DNA from: Myxococcota bacterium
GTDB taxonomy: Bacteria > Myxococcota_A > Polyangia > Polyangiales > Sandaracinaceae
Length of the DNA: 64,000 bases
Assembly (NCBI GenBank): GCA_036149055.1
Contig: JAYZQJ010000017.1
Coordinates: 21,583-85,582 of the forward strand
Direction: 5' to 3'
In this document: positions 31,110-40,766 of the stretch, piece by piece
Layout of the letters: every line of letters starts with the position of its first letter
Position numbering within the stretch: the stretch's first letter is position 1
Translations under genes and position numbers: made by a program
Notes under the pieces: generated by a model
Told to the model about the DNA's origin: nothing
The model's input: only the letters and a program-made list of their open reading frames with translations
Database searches by the model: none

Positions 31110-32267
31110 TCAGTGGAGCAGCGCGCGAAGCGCCAGAAGACCGGCCGCCGCGACGAGCAGCGCGACGAGCGTGCAGACCTCGGGCGCCTGCGAATGCCGG
31201 CGGGACGGCACGTAGCCCGGCTGCTCCCGGAGCGTGGCGACCCGCTCGCGCAGCGCCCGATGGCCGCCGCCCGTGGCCTCGTGCACCTGGGCGAGGTTGT
31301 AGTGGTAGAGACGGATGAGCGCGCTCGCGTAGGTCGACTCGTCGTGTTCGAAGCCCGCCGCGTCCGACCGATCCTCGCTGCGGCGCCAGTACAGCGCGAG
31401 CCCCACCCGCAGGACCATCGCCAGCAGGGCGATGGGCACGAACGTCGTCATCGCGTCGTGCAAGGACGGCTCGCGAGCCAGGTAGCCTGCGAGCGCGGCC
31501 AGTCCCAGCTTCCCGTACAGCGGGGTCAACCTGGAGAGGCGCATGGGCCCGCGCTCTCCGAGGTGCTCGAGCTCGTGCGCCACCACGGCGCGCAGCTCCG
31601 ACTCGTCCAGGGCGAGCAGCGCCCCACGCGTAACCGCGACGCTCCTCGCGAAGGGCAGCGCGAACGCGTTCGCGAGGCTCTCGTCCACCACGTACACGCC
31701 ATAGACCCGCACCTTCAGCTCATGAGCGAGCGCGCGGGTCGACCGGTCCAGCTCGCTCGGCGCGCCGCGGAGGTACCCCACCGCGACGAGCCACCGCGGC
31801 GCGAAGCGCTGGTAGACGGTCGCCGCGATCAGCGCGGCGCACAGCATCGTGAGCGGCTCGGCCCACTCCGACGCGACGAGTAGCAGGGTGCTCACCCAGA
31901 GGAGGCGAACGGGCAACTCCGCCATGAGCCGACGCGCCGCCTGACCGCGCGTGACCTCCAGCGGGAAGTCCATGGCGGCCATGATCTCCCGCCCGAGCAG
32001 GCGCGCCGCGAGCCGCTGACCGACGAGAGTGGCGAGGTAGAACGTCAGCGCCCAGCCGAGCCCGCCGAGCCACCAGCCCATCGCCAGGGCGACCGGTCCA
32101 GCCGCCGCTCCGTACACGGCGGCGTGCCGCAACGGCGTGACCCGCCGAGCCCGCTCTCCCCAGAACAGCTCTCGCCGCGGAGGCCGCAGGAGCCGATACA
32201 CGTACGCCGGGACGACGATCGCCGACGCGGTCGCCGAGAGACACCACGCAGCCAGCCAGAACAGCAC
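31110..32267 (-). CDS. M48 family (HtpX/Ste24-like) membrane metalloprotease
   Basis: TM helices; NAFA, AVVAHELEH, SEDRSD. Confidence 0.8.
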   Translation of the reverse strand: MLFWLAAWCLSATASAIVVPAYVYRLLRPPRRELFWGERARRVTPLRHAAVYGAAAGPVALAMGWWLGGLGWALTFYLATLVGQRLAARLLGREIMAAMDFPLEVTRGQAARRLMAELPVRLLWVSTLLLVASEWAEPLTMLCAALIAATVYQRFAPRWLVAVGYLRGAPSELDRSTRALAHELKVRVYGVYVVDESLANAFALPFARSVAVTRGALLALDESELRAVVAHELEHLGERGPMRLSRLTPLYGKLGLAALAGYLAREPSLHDAMTTFVPIALLAMVLRVGLALYWRRSEDRSDAAGFEHDESTYASALIRLYHYNLAQVHEATGGGHRALRERVATLREQPGYVPSRRHSQAPEVCTLVALLVAAAGLLALRALLH

Positions 32268-32478
32268 CGCCCGAAGCTACCGCCGGTCGCGAGAACAACG
32301 CAACACTCGTTTCGCGCCGCCGACCACAGGGGCGGAGCTCGGCGTGAGTCAGGCCATCCTCGGCCGCTCCCGGTCGCCGGCGAGCCCCCGTTCGATCCCC
32401 GTCGCCGCCCGCGCAGCCACCGGCCGCGATACGCCCTGACCGACCGGAGTCACCTGCGCTCGGTGCTATGCTTCCGGG

Positions 32479-32661
32479 GTGAGCGCGCCCGATACCGATG
32501 GAGACGTCACTCCGAGCGCTGCCGACAGGCTCCGCGAGCAGGCGCGTCGGTTCGACGCGATGATCGAGCGCTGGGAGGCCGAAGACGTCGAGGACGAGCC
32601 GGACTGGAGCGTCGAGGACGTCGGACCGCTGAACCTCCGAACGGTCCGTGACGAGACGTGA
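32479..32661 (+). CDS. Small acidic protein, putative antitoxin
   Basis: 60 aa, RWEAEDVEDEPDW; GTGA-coupled to a PIN-like fragment. Confidence 0.55.
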   Translation: MSAPDTDGDVTPSAADRLREQARRFDAMIERWEAEDVEDEPDWSVEDVGPLNLRTVRDET

Positions 32662-32759
32662 AGCTCATCCTCGACACCAGTCCGCTGAGGCAGCTGGTCA
32701 CCCTGCGCAAGGCAGCGCTCTGTGACGTAGTGAAGCTCGGCGTGTCGGCGCACGGCTGA
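32658..32759 (+). pseudogene. Truncated PIN/VapC-like toxin (33 aa)
   Basis: Manual translation VKLILDTSPLRQLVTLRK..; matches the PIN N-terminal strand and Asp, then stops early. Confidence 0.5.
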
Positions 32760-32840
32760 GGGGCACCCTGCTCCGCCGACGCGGAGCGTTCCGGGGGACT
32801 CACTGCTCGATACAGGCGACGAGCGGTCGAGTCGGTCATC

Positions 32841-33430
32841 TCACCGGCTCTGCCGCGCCCGCTCGAGGAGCGCCAACACCTCGCGGTAGCCTTCGGTCTC
32901 TGCGATCTCGAAGAGCGTGAGCCCCTCGGCGTCCTTCGCGAAGAGGTCGGCGCCGCGTTCGAGGAGACACGCCACGTTCTCCGGGTTGTCTCCGCCCACC
33001 GCCCACCCGAGGGGCGTCAGGCCTGCCATGGAGTCCTTGCCGGGCTCCACGGCGGCGCCCGCCTCGACGAGTAGCTCGATGCAGCGCCGGTCGTCGGGCC
33101 ACTCGGCGGCGCAGTGCAGCGGGGTCTTGCCGTCGTACTGGACGCGGTTGGGGTCTGCGCCGTAGCTGAGGAGGAGCGCGAGCGCCTCGGCTTTCCCTCT
33201 GACGCGACGTGAATGGCGGCGTAGTCGCCCGCCGGGTCGACCACCGCGCCCGCCGCGAGCAACGCCTCCGCGACACGCAGGGAGCCGCACGCGACGGCGA
33301 GGAAGAGAGGCGGCGGCCCGCCGGGCAGGTCGCGGTTGGCGAGCTCGGGCCCATGGACGTTCAGCAGGCGTTGCACCTCGGTGACGTCATCGGTCCGGAT
33401 CGAGGCCTCGATCCCGGCAGCATCCGTCAT
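32841..33430 (-). pseudogene. Ankyrin-repeat protein split by a -1 frameshift
   Basis: 5' frame has PPLFLAV..LLAAGA..AIHVASEG; 3' frame has GKAEALALLLSYGADPN..TPLHCAA..TPLGWAV; the frames switch at ~33191-33197. Confidence 0.8.
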
Positions 33431-33473
33431 GCTCGTACCATCGCCCCAAACTACGCAGGGATCGAGAGGCGCG

Positions 33474-34022
33474 TCAGACCCAGCCGCAGAACCCGGGCGC
33501 GTCGTGGAGATGAAACGCGTCATTGTCGAGCACGTCGTCCAGCGGCACGCCCAGCGCGTCGGACATCTGGAGGACGGCGCCCTCGGGGTCCGCCGCGATG
33601 TCGGCTCGCGCCGGCAGCGCCACGCCGAACGGCTCCGCGTCACCGAAGAAGTGCACCACCTCCCCGTGGGCGCCACTGCAGAAGCCCGCGGTCTGCTCCC
33701 CTCGGGACGAGGCGAGCGCGACCCCGTGCTCCCCGCCGGCGCCGGAGAGGAGAAAGTACCGCGGGCGCCCACCGCCGGCCGCGGCGAAGTCGGCCCACGC
33801 CTGCGGCGAGCCCTCGCCTACCTGGACGCCGAGCAACGACGCGCCGGTGATCACGTAGCTGGTCTCCCCGCGCGTCGCGACGCCGATCCGGCCTGGCCGC
33901 ACGCGGCCGAACACCAGCTCCCGGTGCCGCCGCACGTCCGTCGACGGCTCGAGGGCTCTCTCCCCCAACCGCTCCGCGAGCGCCCGCGCCTCGATCACCA
34001 GCATCGACAGGTTCCAGCCCAT
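33474..34022 (-). CDS. Hypothetical protein (immunity-like)
   Basis: MGWNLSMLVIE start; plausible globular ORF co-oriented with its neighbours. Confidence 0.6.
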   Translation of the reverse strand: MGWNLSMLVIEARALAERLGERALEPSTDVRRHRELVFGRVRPGRIGVATRGETSYVITGASLLGVQVGEGSPQAWADFAAAGGGRPRYFLLSGAGGEHGVALASSRGEQTAGFCSGAHGEVVHFFGDAEPFGVALPARADIAADPEGAVLQMSDALGVPLDDVLDNDAFHLHDAPGFCGWV

Positions 34023-34137
34023 CGAAGCACGATGCAGCGTAAGCCCCGCGGACAGCAAGCGGCCAGGTCTCGATACGCCCGGTCCGGTCTGGGTGGCCGC
34101 CCGTCGTCGTCCTGAATGGCAGTGTCAGCGGTGGGCG

Positions 34138-35004
34138 CTACTCGAGCTCGTCGACGACGCGCAGCCCGGGCTCGCGGGTGAACCCGTCGGCGGTCCGGCG
34201 ACCGTGCAGCTCGAAGCGGGAGGTCACGCCGTCGCAGTCGAGGTCACCCTCTGCGCGGAGCACGAACGCGTCCCCGTCGACCTCGATCGAGTAGGCGTAG
34301 CGGACGGGATCCGCGAAGCCGATCCCGAGCGCCGCGAACGCGGGCGGCGCCGAGGCGGGCCACGCCAGGGTCTCACCGCACGGGATCGTCGCCGGCGTGC
34401 GCGGCGCGGCGCTCGGGAAGGTGCCGGTCCCCGTGACCTGCGTGTAGATCGCCTCGAGGTTCTGGCGCGCCTCCTCCGGCAGGCGCCGCTGCACGACGAT
34501 CGGCGCGAATCGGAGCGCGATCCATCCCAGAAACACGGTGCGCGCGAGCCCCGGCTGGTAGCCCTCGACCGACAGCTCGAGGCGGTGCTCGCCGTACCGA
34601 AAGTGCCCCGCCTCGTCGATCGAGATTCTCCGCCCGTCGAGCTCGAGCTGGCCGTCGACGAAGTGCATCGGCGCATCGTCTCCCGAGGACAGGATGACGC
34701 GGCCCTCCGAGGTCACCGACAAGAGCGGATCCCCCTCGTGGTCGACGACCTGGCTGTCGCCGCGAAGGGTCGCCGCGTGCTCGCCTCCCTCGAGGGTGAT
34801 CCGGCCGTCCGTGCCCAGCGCCCCGAGCGGCTCCCCGTTCTCGAGGTAACGCAGCGCGGGGTAGGAGCTCGTCTGCCCTGCGGCCGACGGGCCGTCGGAC
34901 GCGGCGCCGCCTCCAGGCGCCGAGGTCGCGTCACCTGCCGGCGGAGAGGAGGTCGCGCCGCACGCGCACAACAGGACCGCGAGCGAGATCGAGGCTCTAC
35001 GCAT
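34138..35004 (-). CDS. Lipoprotein with C-terminal type IV pilin-like globular domain
   Basis: LLCAC lipobox; EARQNLEAIY..YAYS..AEGDLDCDG resembles the deltaproteobacterial PilA head. Confidence 0.65.
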   Translation of the reverse strand: MRRASISLAVLLCACGATSSPPAGDATSAPGGGAASDGPSAAGQTSSYPALRYLENGEPLGALGTDGRITLEGGEHAATLRGDSQVVDHEGDPLLSVTSEGRVILSSGDDAPMHFVDGQLELDGRRISIDEAGHFRYGEHRLELSVEGYQPGLARTVFLGWIALRFAPIVVQRRLPEEARQNLEAIYTQVTGTGTFPSAAPRTPATIPCGETLAWPASAPPAFAALGIGFADPVRYAYSIEVDGDAFVLRAEGDLDCDGVTSRFELHGRRTADGFTREPGLRVVDELE

Positions 35005-35093
35005 CCCGCGGTGTAACAGCTCTCGGCGCCCGGCCGCCACCAGCACTCGCCCCGCACGTTCCGCCGAACTCTCGCTGAGCCCTGACGATCGGA

Positions 35094-35354
35094 TCATCCA
35101 TCTGCCCCGTGAGCTTCCTTCGAGCTCCCATGGGTTGGCGCAACTGCGACAAGCAGACTGACGAGACCAGCAAACAGAACCATAGGCGCTAGACAGTAGG
35201 CAAAGGCGAGTGCGACCAGCGTGGTCGTCGAGACGACGCCAGATGGAGCATCGTCTGCGACGCCTGCTGCCCCCTCGAAAACGGCGTATGCGGTCACAAA
35301 GAGAAGGGTAGCAACCCCCGCCGCCCCAGCCCTGCGATGCAAAGCTCTACTCAT
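35094..35354 (-). CDS. Small two-TM membrane protein
   Basis: 86 aa with two hydrophobic helices; lower GC. Confidence 0.5.
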   Translation of the reverse strand: MSRALHRRAGAAGVATLLFVTAYAVFEGAAGVADDAPSGVVSTTTLVALAFAYCLAPMVLFAGLVSLLVAVAPTHGSSKEAHGADG

Positions 35355-35369
35355 TCGACTGGCCCACTA

Positions 35370-35690
35370 TCACTCTACGCCGAGGGCGGTAATCTCGCCC
35401 TCTCCTATGACTCCTGACTCCCAGAGCGTGAATCGCATTCCGACCCTGACGTGTGCGAGCACCTCGTTCGAAGACAAGAACACGAGAGGCACATCAGAAG
35501 CGGTTTCACCCGGGAAGAGCGTCCGCTCATTGCGGCTCAACAAGAGACGACAGTCATAGCCGTGTGCAGAGAGTGCTGGCGAATCCTGGAAGAAGACCGG
35601 ACATGCGTAGTCCCCTCCGTTGCCAATCGGATGCTGCTTTCCACCCTGCTCCGGAGCCATCAGGCAAACTCTTGCTGTGACATACTTCAT
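35370..35690 (-). CDS. Stand-alone EF-Tu domain III-like protein
   Basis: ARVCL..EQGGKQHPI..Y..V.F..PGE..GMRFTLWESGVIGEGEI parallels the EF-Tu C-terminal barrel. Confidence 0.65.
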   Translation of the reverse strand: MKYVTARVCLMAPEQGGKQHPIGNGGDYACPVFFQDSPALSAHGYDCRLLLSRNERTLFPGETASDVPLVFLSSNEVLAHVRVGMRFTLWESGVIGEGEITALGVE

Positions 35691-35747
35691 CTTCGCCTCA
35701 ATGGCACCGGAGAGCTAGCTAGTATGGCCGCGGACCAGGAGCACCCA

Positions 35748-35770
35748 GGGCGGTTGCGCTGCGACTCGCG
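35748..35770 (+). repeat. Copy of the island repeat family
   Basis: GGAGCACCCAGGGCGGTTGCGC, similar to GGGCACCCGGGGCGGGTTGCGC at 47657. Confidence 0.55.
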
Positions 35771-35792
35771 GCGGAGGCTGGCGTGCAACGAA

Positions 35793-36116
35793 CTAGGCGA
35801 ACAGTGCTCGGTAGTGTTCCTGCTGCGACCCGACGAGAGACGGAACGGGCAGCCTGCACAGTCGGCGCAAGGTCTCGCCGTCGAGCTCCCACCATTCTTT
35901 CAGCTCACAGAGCGCGTTCAACTGCGCCTCCTGACATTCGACATCGTCCTCGCCGAGTCGCAGGGCCACCAGCAATCGTGTCACCAGAACCACCTGAGAT
36001 GAGGTCAGAGCGCGCGCGAGGTCGGTGATCTCGTCGGCGCCCCTCGAGCGCTCCCGACTCGCCGGGGAGAGCATCGCGCGAACAGTTTCCAAGAGCTCCT
36101 CACTGGCGACGGGCAC
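35793..36116 (-). CDS. Small helical (HEAT-like) hypothetical protein, immunity-like
   Basis: AGGAGG SD before GTG 36116; ERSRGADEITD..CQEAQLNALCEL. Confidence 0.6.
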   Translation of the reverse strand: MPVASEELLETVRAMLSPASRERSRGADEITDLARALTSSQVVLVTRLLVALRLGEDDVECQEAQLNALCELKEWWELDGETLRRLCRLPVPSLVGSQQEHYRALFA

Positions 36117-37776
36117 CGTTCTCCTCCTGGCCACGGCTGTCATTGGCGTTTGCGGATGCCGCAGCGTGGTGCGGGCTGCGCGGATTGCGAAACCGAGCTC
36201 CGCGTGCACCCGGGGGTTCCTCGCGCGTGCGACTCGGCTGGAGCGGCTCGACGGGGACTCGGCCCCAGAACCAGCGGCGCGCGTCGCGCTCGCCGCAGGG
36301 TCCAGGAACGGCGCGACGGACGAGCGCGCTTCCGTCCGACGCGAGCAGGAACGTGTCGCGCACGTCCGCTCGAACGCAGCGCTCGGACACCGTCCGCCGG
36401 AGCTCCCCGCCGCCGACCTCCGAAGGTCGCAGGCAGCCGGCCGGGCGGTCGCGGGGGATCGTGCGCCAGTCGCCGAGGCCGGCGTCCCAGCTGAGCGCTC
36501 GATCGGCCCAGACCAGCTGAGCCCAGAAGTCCTCCCCGTCCCCGCCCGCTTCGATGGTGTCCGCGCCACGCCGGGACCACCCGCGCGGGTCGGTCTCCTC
36601 CAGGAGAAGACGGTCCATCGGATCGAGGGCCGCGAGGTGCCCGTCGAGCGACGCGTCGGTGAGCGGCTCCAGCGTCCACGCGCGCGTCCCGTTCGCTCCG
36701 ACCGGTCGCGCCACCGCCAGGCTCCGGACCGGGTCGTCGGCGTCCGTCCGGTCTGCCGTCGCGTCACCGCAGCGCAGCAGGATCCACGCGCTGCGCAGCC
36801 CGATGAAGCGCACCTCGCATCGACCGGAGCCGAGCTGGACGGTCGACACTCCGCGGGTCTCGACGATGCGAAGCGACTCGCGGTCCCCGAGCACGCGCTC
36901 CCCTAGCACCAGGCCCCACTCGCGCGCCCAGCCTCGGCCGGCGGCCACTCGCTCTGCGACCCCACTCGCCGGGTGAAGGAGCAAGAGCGACCGAGGAGGG
37001 CCCTGGCAGCGGCGCAGCCCGCCGCACGAGTAGAGGATACTCGAGGCCTCTTGATGGGGAAGCTCGGCGAGCGTCCTCTCCGCAGCGCGATCGGCCAGGA
37101 TGTCCGCGACGACCCAGTCACCGACGAAGCGAACGCGGCTGATGAAGCCCTCGACCGGGATCGGCTCCGACGCACGCCGGGTCTCGGGCTCCCACACCCT
37201 CAGCGTGTGGCGGTCGGGGGTGAACGCGAGCCGTCCGCGAGGCCCGACCGAGGCCGCGTCGTACCCCGACCACAGGGCGCCGTGCGCCAGGACGGGGAGC
37301 GGCGTGGGCGCGGCACCGATGACCTCCGAGCGATCCTCGGACGCGTCCAGTCCGATGAGAGCGCCGCCCTCGACATAGTAGAGGTAGCGGCCGTCCGCGC
37401 TGCTACCCACGAGCACGTCGATCCGTCGCCCGGGCCCGACGCCGCGCACCAGATACGTGCCGAGCTCGTCACCGACCAGCTCCGCGGTGTGCCCGTTCGA
37501 GTACCAGCCGACGTGCACCCGCCCGTCGCCATCGGTGTCCTCTCGCGCCTCTCGCATGACCGCCCACCGAAGGTCCAGCGACGCAGCCACCGGCGCCCCA
37601 TCCCCAGCGCCGACCGGCGCCTCCCTCGGCTCGACCGCGTCGGACGAGACGCAGGCCGAGGTCCCCGGGCTCGCGACCCCCGGCGCCCCCACGCTCGCGC
37701 AGCCGGACCACAGGAGGACGAGCCCGAAGATCGGCGTTCGACGGACGCCCCTCGCCCGAGCGCTCGCTCGGGCCAT
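36100..37776 (-). CDS. Secreted/lipoprotein, beta-propeller-like
   Basis: LLWSGC lipobox; EDTDGDG; SADGRYLYY and GRLAF repeats; start uncertain. Confidence 0.6.
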   Translation of the reverse strand: MARASARARGVRRTPIFGLVLLWSGCASVGAPGVASPGTSACVSSDAVEPREAPVGAGDGAPVAASLDLRWAVMREAREDTDGDGRVHVGWYSNGHTAELVGDELGTYLVRGVGPGRRIDVLVGSSADGRYLYYVEGGALIGLDASEDRSEVIGAAPTPLPVLAHGALWSGYDAASVGPRGRLAFTPDRHTLRVWEPETRRASEPIPVEGFISRVRFVGDWVVADILADRAAERTLAELPHQEASSILYSCGGLRRCQGPPRSLLLLHPASGVAERVAAGRGWAREWGLVLGERVLGDRESLRIVETRGVSTVQLGSGRCEVRFIGLRSAWILLRCGDATADRTDADDPVRSLAVARPVGANGTRAWTLEPLTDASLDGHLAALDPMDRLLLEETDPRGWSRRGADTIEAGGDGEDFWAQLVWADRALSWDAGLGDWRTIPRDRPAGCLRPSEVGGGELRRTVSERCVRADVRDTFLLASDGSALVRRAVPGPCGERDARRWFWGRVPVEPLQPSRTREEPPGARGARFRNPRSPHHAAASANANDSRGQEENGARRQ

Positions 37777-37792
37777 CAGGAGCATCGGCCCG

Positions 37793-38023
37793 TCACTCGA
37801 AGTCCCACGGGATCTTCTCGCGGAAGACCGCGAGGGCCTGCTCCAGCAGCTCGAAGTCGAGCGACGCGAACTGGGAGACCGTGCGCGTCCTGGCGGTGTC
37901 GTCGCGGAAGATCTCGAGCACGAGCTCGCCGTCGGCGTAGATCTCCACCCCGATGCCGTCGCGACCGCTGACGTCGCTCGCGACGAGGCAGTCTTCGATC
38001 GGCGGGTAGCTCGCGTCACCCAT
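37793..38023 (-). CDS. Small acidic hypothetical protein (immunity-like)
   Basis: ASDV..RDG.GVEIY..LVLEIFRDD..IPWDFE; AGGA SD. Confidence 0.7.
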   Translation of the reverse strand: MGDASYPPIEDCLVASDVSGRDGIGVEIYADGELVLEIFRDDTARTRTVSQFASLDFELLEQALAVFREKIPWDFE

Positions 38024-38188
38024 GGCGTCCTGACCTTGCCTGATGAGGTGCTACTGGAGTTCGACATTCGTGCTGCTCTCGGCGCGACCGACTTGGGTAC
38101 ACTCGGATATGCACTCACCGCCGCCACGAACACAGCCTCTCACGACGGCTGTCGAAGCCCAACGTCCCCTCGACCCTTGCTCGCGGTG

Positions 38189-38644
38189 GTGAACGTGCCT
38201 GTTGAATCCGCTGAGGGCGTGTACGAGCGCGCTCGCGCCTACGTCGGTGCCCTCGGCTCTGTCTGGTGCCGACCGGCCGACTACGACGGCACGGACTCGG
38301 AGCTTCACCTGGCGGTTCGTAGCGCGTTCGGATGCGTTCTCGAGGTGGATGGCGCTGCCAGACTTCAGCCGCCGGAGTTCGTGTTCAAGATCGTCTTCTC
38401 CGGAGTTCGGCTTCTCCGAATCACGAACTGCTTTGGTGGCACCGGTACAGCGTCCCTCGTCAACGTGGAGGGGACCCATCTGAAGCGATTCTCGGTCCGA
38501 CCCGACTCCGGGGAGGCAGCCGTGATTGTCGAAGCCTCGCACTGCTTCCTCTCGGACCTCGATCCGAGGGACACGCGGCGAACTGGCGTCTGGTCTCCGC
38601 TACTCCTCGACGTCGAACGCGCTGCCGGCTCGCGTCGCACCTAG
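38189..38644 (+). CDS. Hypothetical protein
   Basis: Protein-like composition in the 3' part of the track ORF; start uncertain; opposite to the array orientation. Confidence 0.35.
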   Translation: MNVPVESAEGVYERARAYVGALGSVWCRPADYDGTDSELHLAVRSAFGCVLEVDGAARLQPPEFVFKIVFSGVRLLRITNCFGGTGTASLVNVEGTHLKRFSVRPDSGEAAVIVEASHCFLSDLDPRDTRRTGVWSPLLLDVERAAGSRRT

Positions 38645-38791
38645 CTCAGCGAGGGGGGCCTCACCGCGAGCTCGACAATCCGTCGGCTGCGCCTCGGCCG
38701 GCCACGCCGTCAGCGCGGAGACCAGCACCGTGACCAGGGCCAAACCTCGATCGTTTCGCAGGATGGTCACCGTTCACCCGGTGCGGCCGAG

Positions 38792-39409
38792 CTATCGAGC
38801 ATCGAAACCAAAATCGTCGGGGTATGGCTCGAACCGACCGGTCTCGAAGTACGGGTCTGGAGGTGCTGACAGAGCAGGCGGAAAGGCGGAGTGCAGGTCA
38901 CCTGCAACTCTCTGCATCACCGTACCACAGTCGTCGGAGACGACGGCCCGCATTCGACTATCCACTTGCCACATGAACGGCACCCAGCGACGCGAGCGGG
39001 GACTGAGGTACTGAAGCACCTGACCAGGGCAGGTACCGAACGGGCCGCTACGGAAAGGCACCGTGTAGTACCCCGGCCAGAGCCTGGTCGTGGCCCGAAG
39101 AAACCGGCCAGTACCGGCCAACTGCAACGTCACCTCCCCGCCGGAGACCAGGAGCGCGCTCGGGCCTTGCCATTCCGATTGTTCAGATACGAAGCCACAG
39201 GATCTCATGTGGCTCGCGTGCTGCTCCATCTCCGTTTCTGGGCAACTACCTCCCGCGGGAGCCCAGACCGCGTCGAGACTGACTCTGCTAGCGCCCGGGG
39301 GGTTCGCCCGCTCCTGGGTAGGTCGGCTCGGGGCACCGCACGCTGAGAGGTGCGAGCCCGCCACAACCGCGAGGACGGCTATCGCCAGGCTGTGATCGGA
39401 AATGACCAA
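38792..39409 (-). CDS. Hypothetical lipoprotein
   Basis: Hydrophobic N-terminus ending LSAC. Confidence 0.5.
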   Translation of the reverse strand: MVISDHSLAIAVLAVVAGSHLSACGAPSRPTQERANPPGASRVSLDAVWAPAGGSCPETEMEQHASHMRSCGFVSEQSEWQGPSALLVSGGEVTLQLAGTGRFLRATTRLWPGYYTVPFRSGPFGTCPGQVLQYLSPRSRRWVPFMWQVDSRMRAVVSDDCGTVMQRVAGDLHSAFPPALSAPPDPYFETGRFEPYPDDFGFDAR

Positions 39410-39444
39410 GCTGTCGTCCTCGAGCGCGGCAGGCGAGAAAAGGT

Positions 39445-40023
39445 CTACCAGAGAACGGCAACGACGTCTCCGCCCACCAACGAGAACTGGAGCGCCTGGT
39501 CCCTCGTGCCGATGCGTATTCGGCGGCGCTGCCCGCGGACCGAACGCAGGACCACCACGGCGAGGCCGTCAGGCCAAGCACCGTTCACGTAGACGATCGC
39601 ATCGTAGAGACTCGTGGTGTCACAGGGCAGGCAGAACCTCCGCCCTCCCTCTCTTCGAGCGACGGTGACAGAGGCACAGTGCGCTGTCTCCGTGCTGAGA
39701 TGTGCCCGCAGCCCGCATGAGCTCCAGTAATGGCGACCGCCTTGACAACCGACCCAGAGCACCGAGGCGAACACGATGAGGAGCACACGACGGAATCCCG
39801 AACCGCCGCTACCGACGAATGATGCTTGCACGCGCGAATCCGAGGGGCACCGACGAGCGAGGAACCAGCGCCGCCAGCGTGACCATGCGGTGGGCAGTAG
39901 CTCATCCATCCTCGTGGCCGGCGGGGACCCGTAGCCACACTCCGAAGCCTGGGCTGACGCTGCTCCAGGCACAGAGAGCGCGAGGGCCACCAAGAGCGAC
40001 AGGCAATACTGGACGAAGTTCAC
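39445..40023 (-). pseudogene. Possible chimeric ORF of two exported-protein fragments
   Basis: Signal-like VNFVQYCLSLLVALALSVPGAASAQ, then an internal second lipobox-like VLLIVFASVLWVGC. Confidence 0.3.
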
Positions 40024-40172
40024 AATGACCTTCCCCTCGGGAGGGTGAACCCGGACGCCCGCCGCCCTGCATGTTTGTCGCAGAGCATCATCATGCCTGA
40101 CGAGCCTTGCTGGCGATGTGGGCCGCGTGGAGACCCGCGCTTGGGTGGAGCTCGAATCCGCCGTCACTGCTC

Positions 40173-40766
40173 TCATCTCGCCCTCCTTCTGCGCCGCCGG
40201 CCACCTCGGCAGCACGCACCGAGCGTCACGATCACGAGCGAGAACGGCACGCCTTCGAAGGATCCGACCGGGCTCCCGACGGCTGAACAGGCGGCGCATG
40301 TTCGACTCGGGCTGCTGAGCTCGGGCCCGACATCCCGCCACTGTCGCAGGCGTCTCAGCGTAGGCTCGTAGTCGGCTGCTCCCTCGCGCACGTCATGATT
40401 GCAGAGGGAGACGTACGCGACCTCCCGATGGTACGCGAAGACGAGTGTGCGGCTTCCGACCATCGGGGCGTTCACCGGACACATCGAATGGTCGAAGCCC
40501 ACCGAGACGAGCTCGGCGGGGCGCCCCTTCAGGACCTCCTCGACTCGCGCCACGTACCAATCGGCGCCCGAGTCCGGGGGGTCTTCGTGCGGGCGAACGA
40601 GGACCACCCGGTAGATGAAGGTCGCCCCCGACCATGCTTCGCGAGCCGAGACGTGAGGGCAACTGCAAGCCTTGGCCGGGACCGAGACCAGGACGAGTCC
40701 AACGCACCCGACCAGGAAGATCACCCAGGAAGGCAGGCAGCTCACGCTCGGAGCGCTGGGGCGCAT
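40173..40766 (-). CDS. TIMP/NTR-like secreted protein with MYXO-CTERM-like tail
   Basis: Signal peptide then AKA-CSC; VEEVLKG; SMC; SLCN; C-terminal ACS..hydrophobic..RRRRRR. Confidence 0.65.
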   Translation of the reverse strand: MRPSAPSVSCLPSWVIFLVGCVGLVLVSVPAKACSCPHVSAREAWSGATFIYRVVLVRPHEDPPDSGADWYVARVEEVLKGRPAELVSVGFDHSMCPVNAPMVGSRTLVFAYHREVAYVSLCNHDVREGAADYEPTLRRLRQWRDVGPELSSPSRTCAACSAVGSPVGSFEGVPFSLVIVTLGACCRGGRRRRRRAR

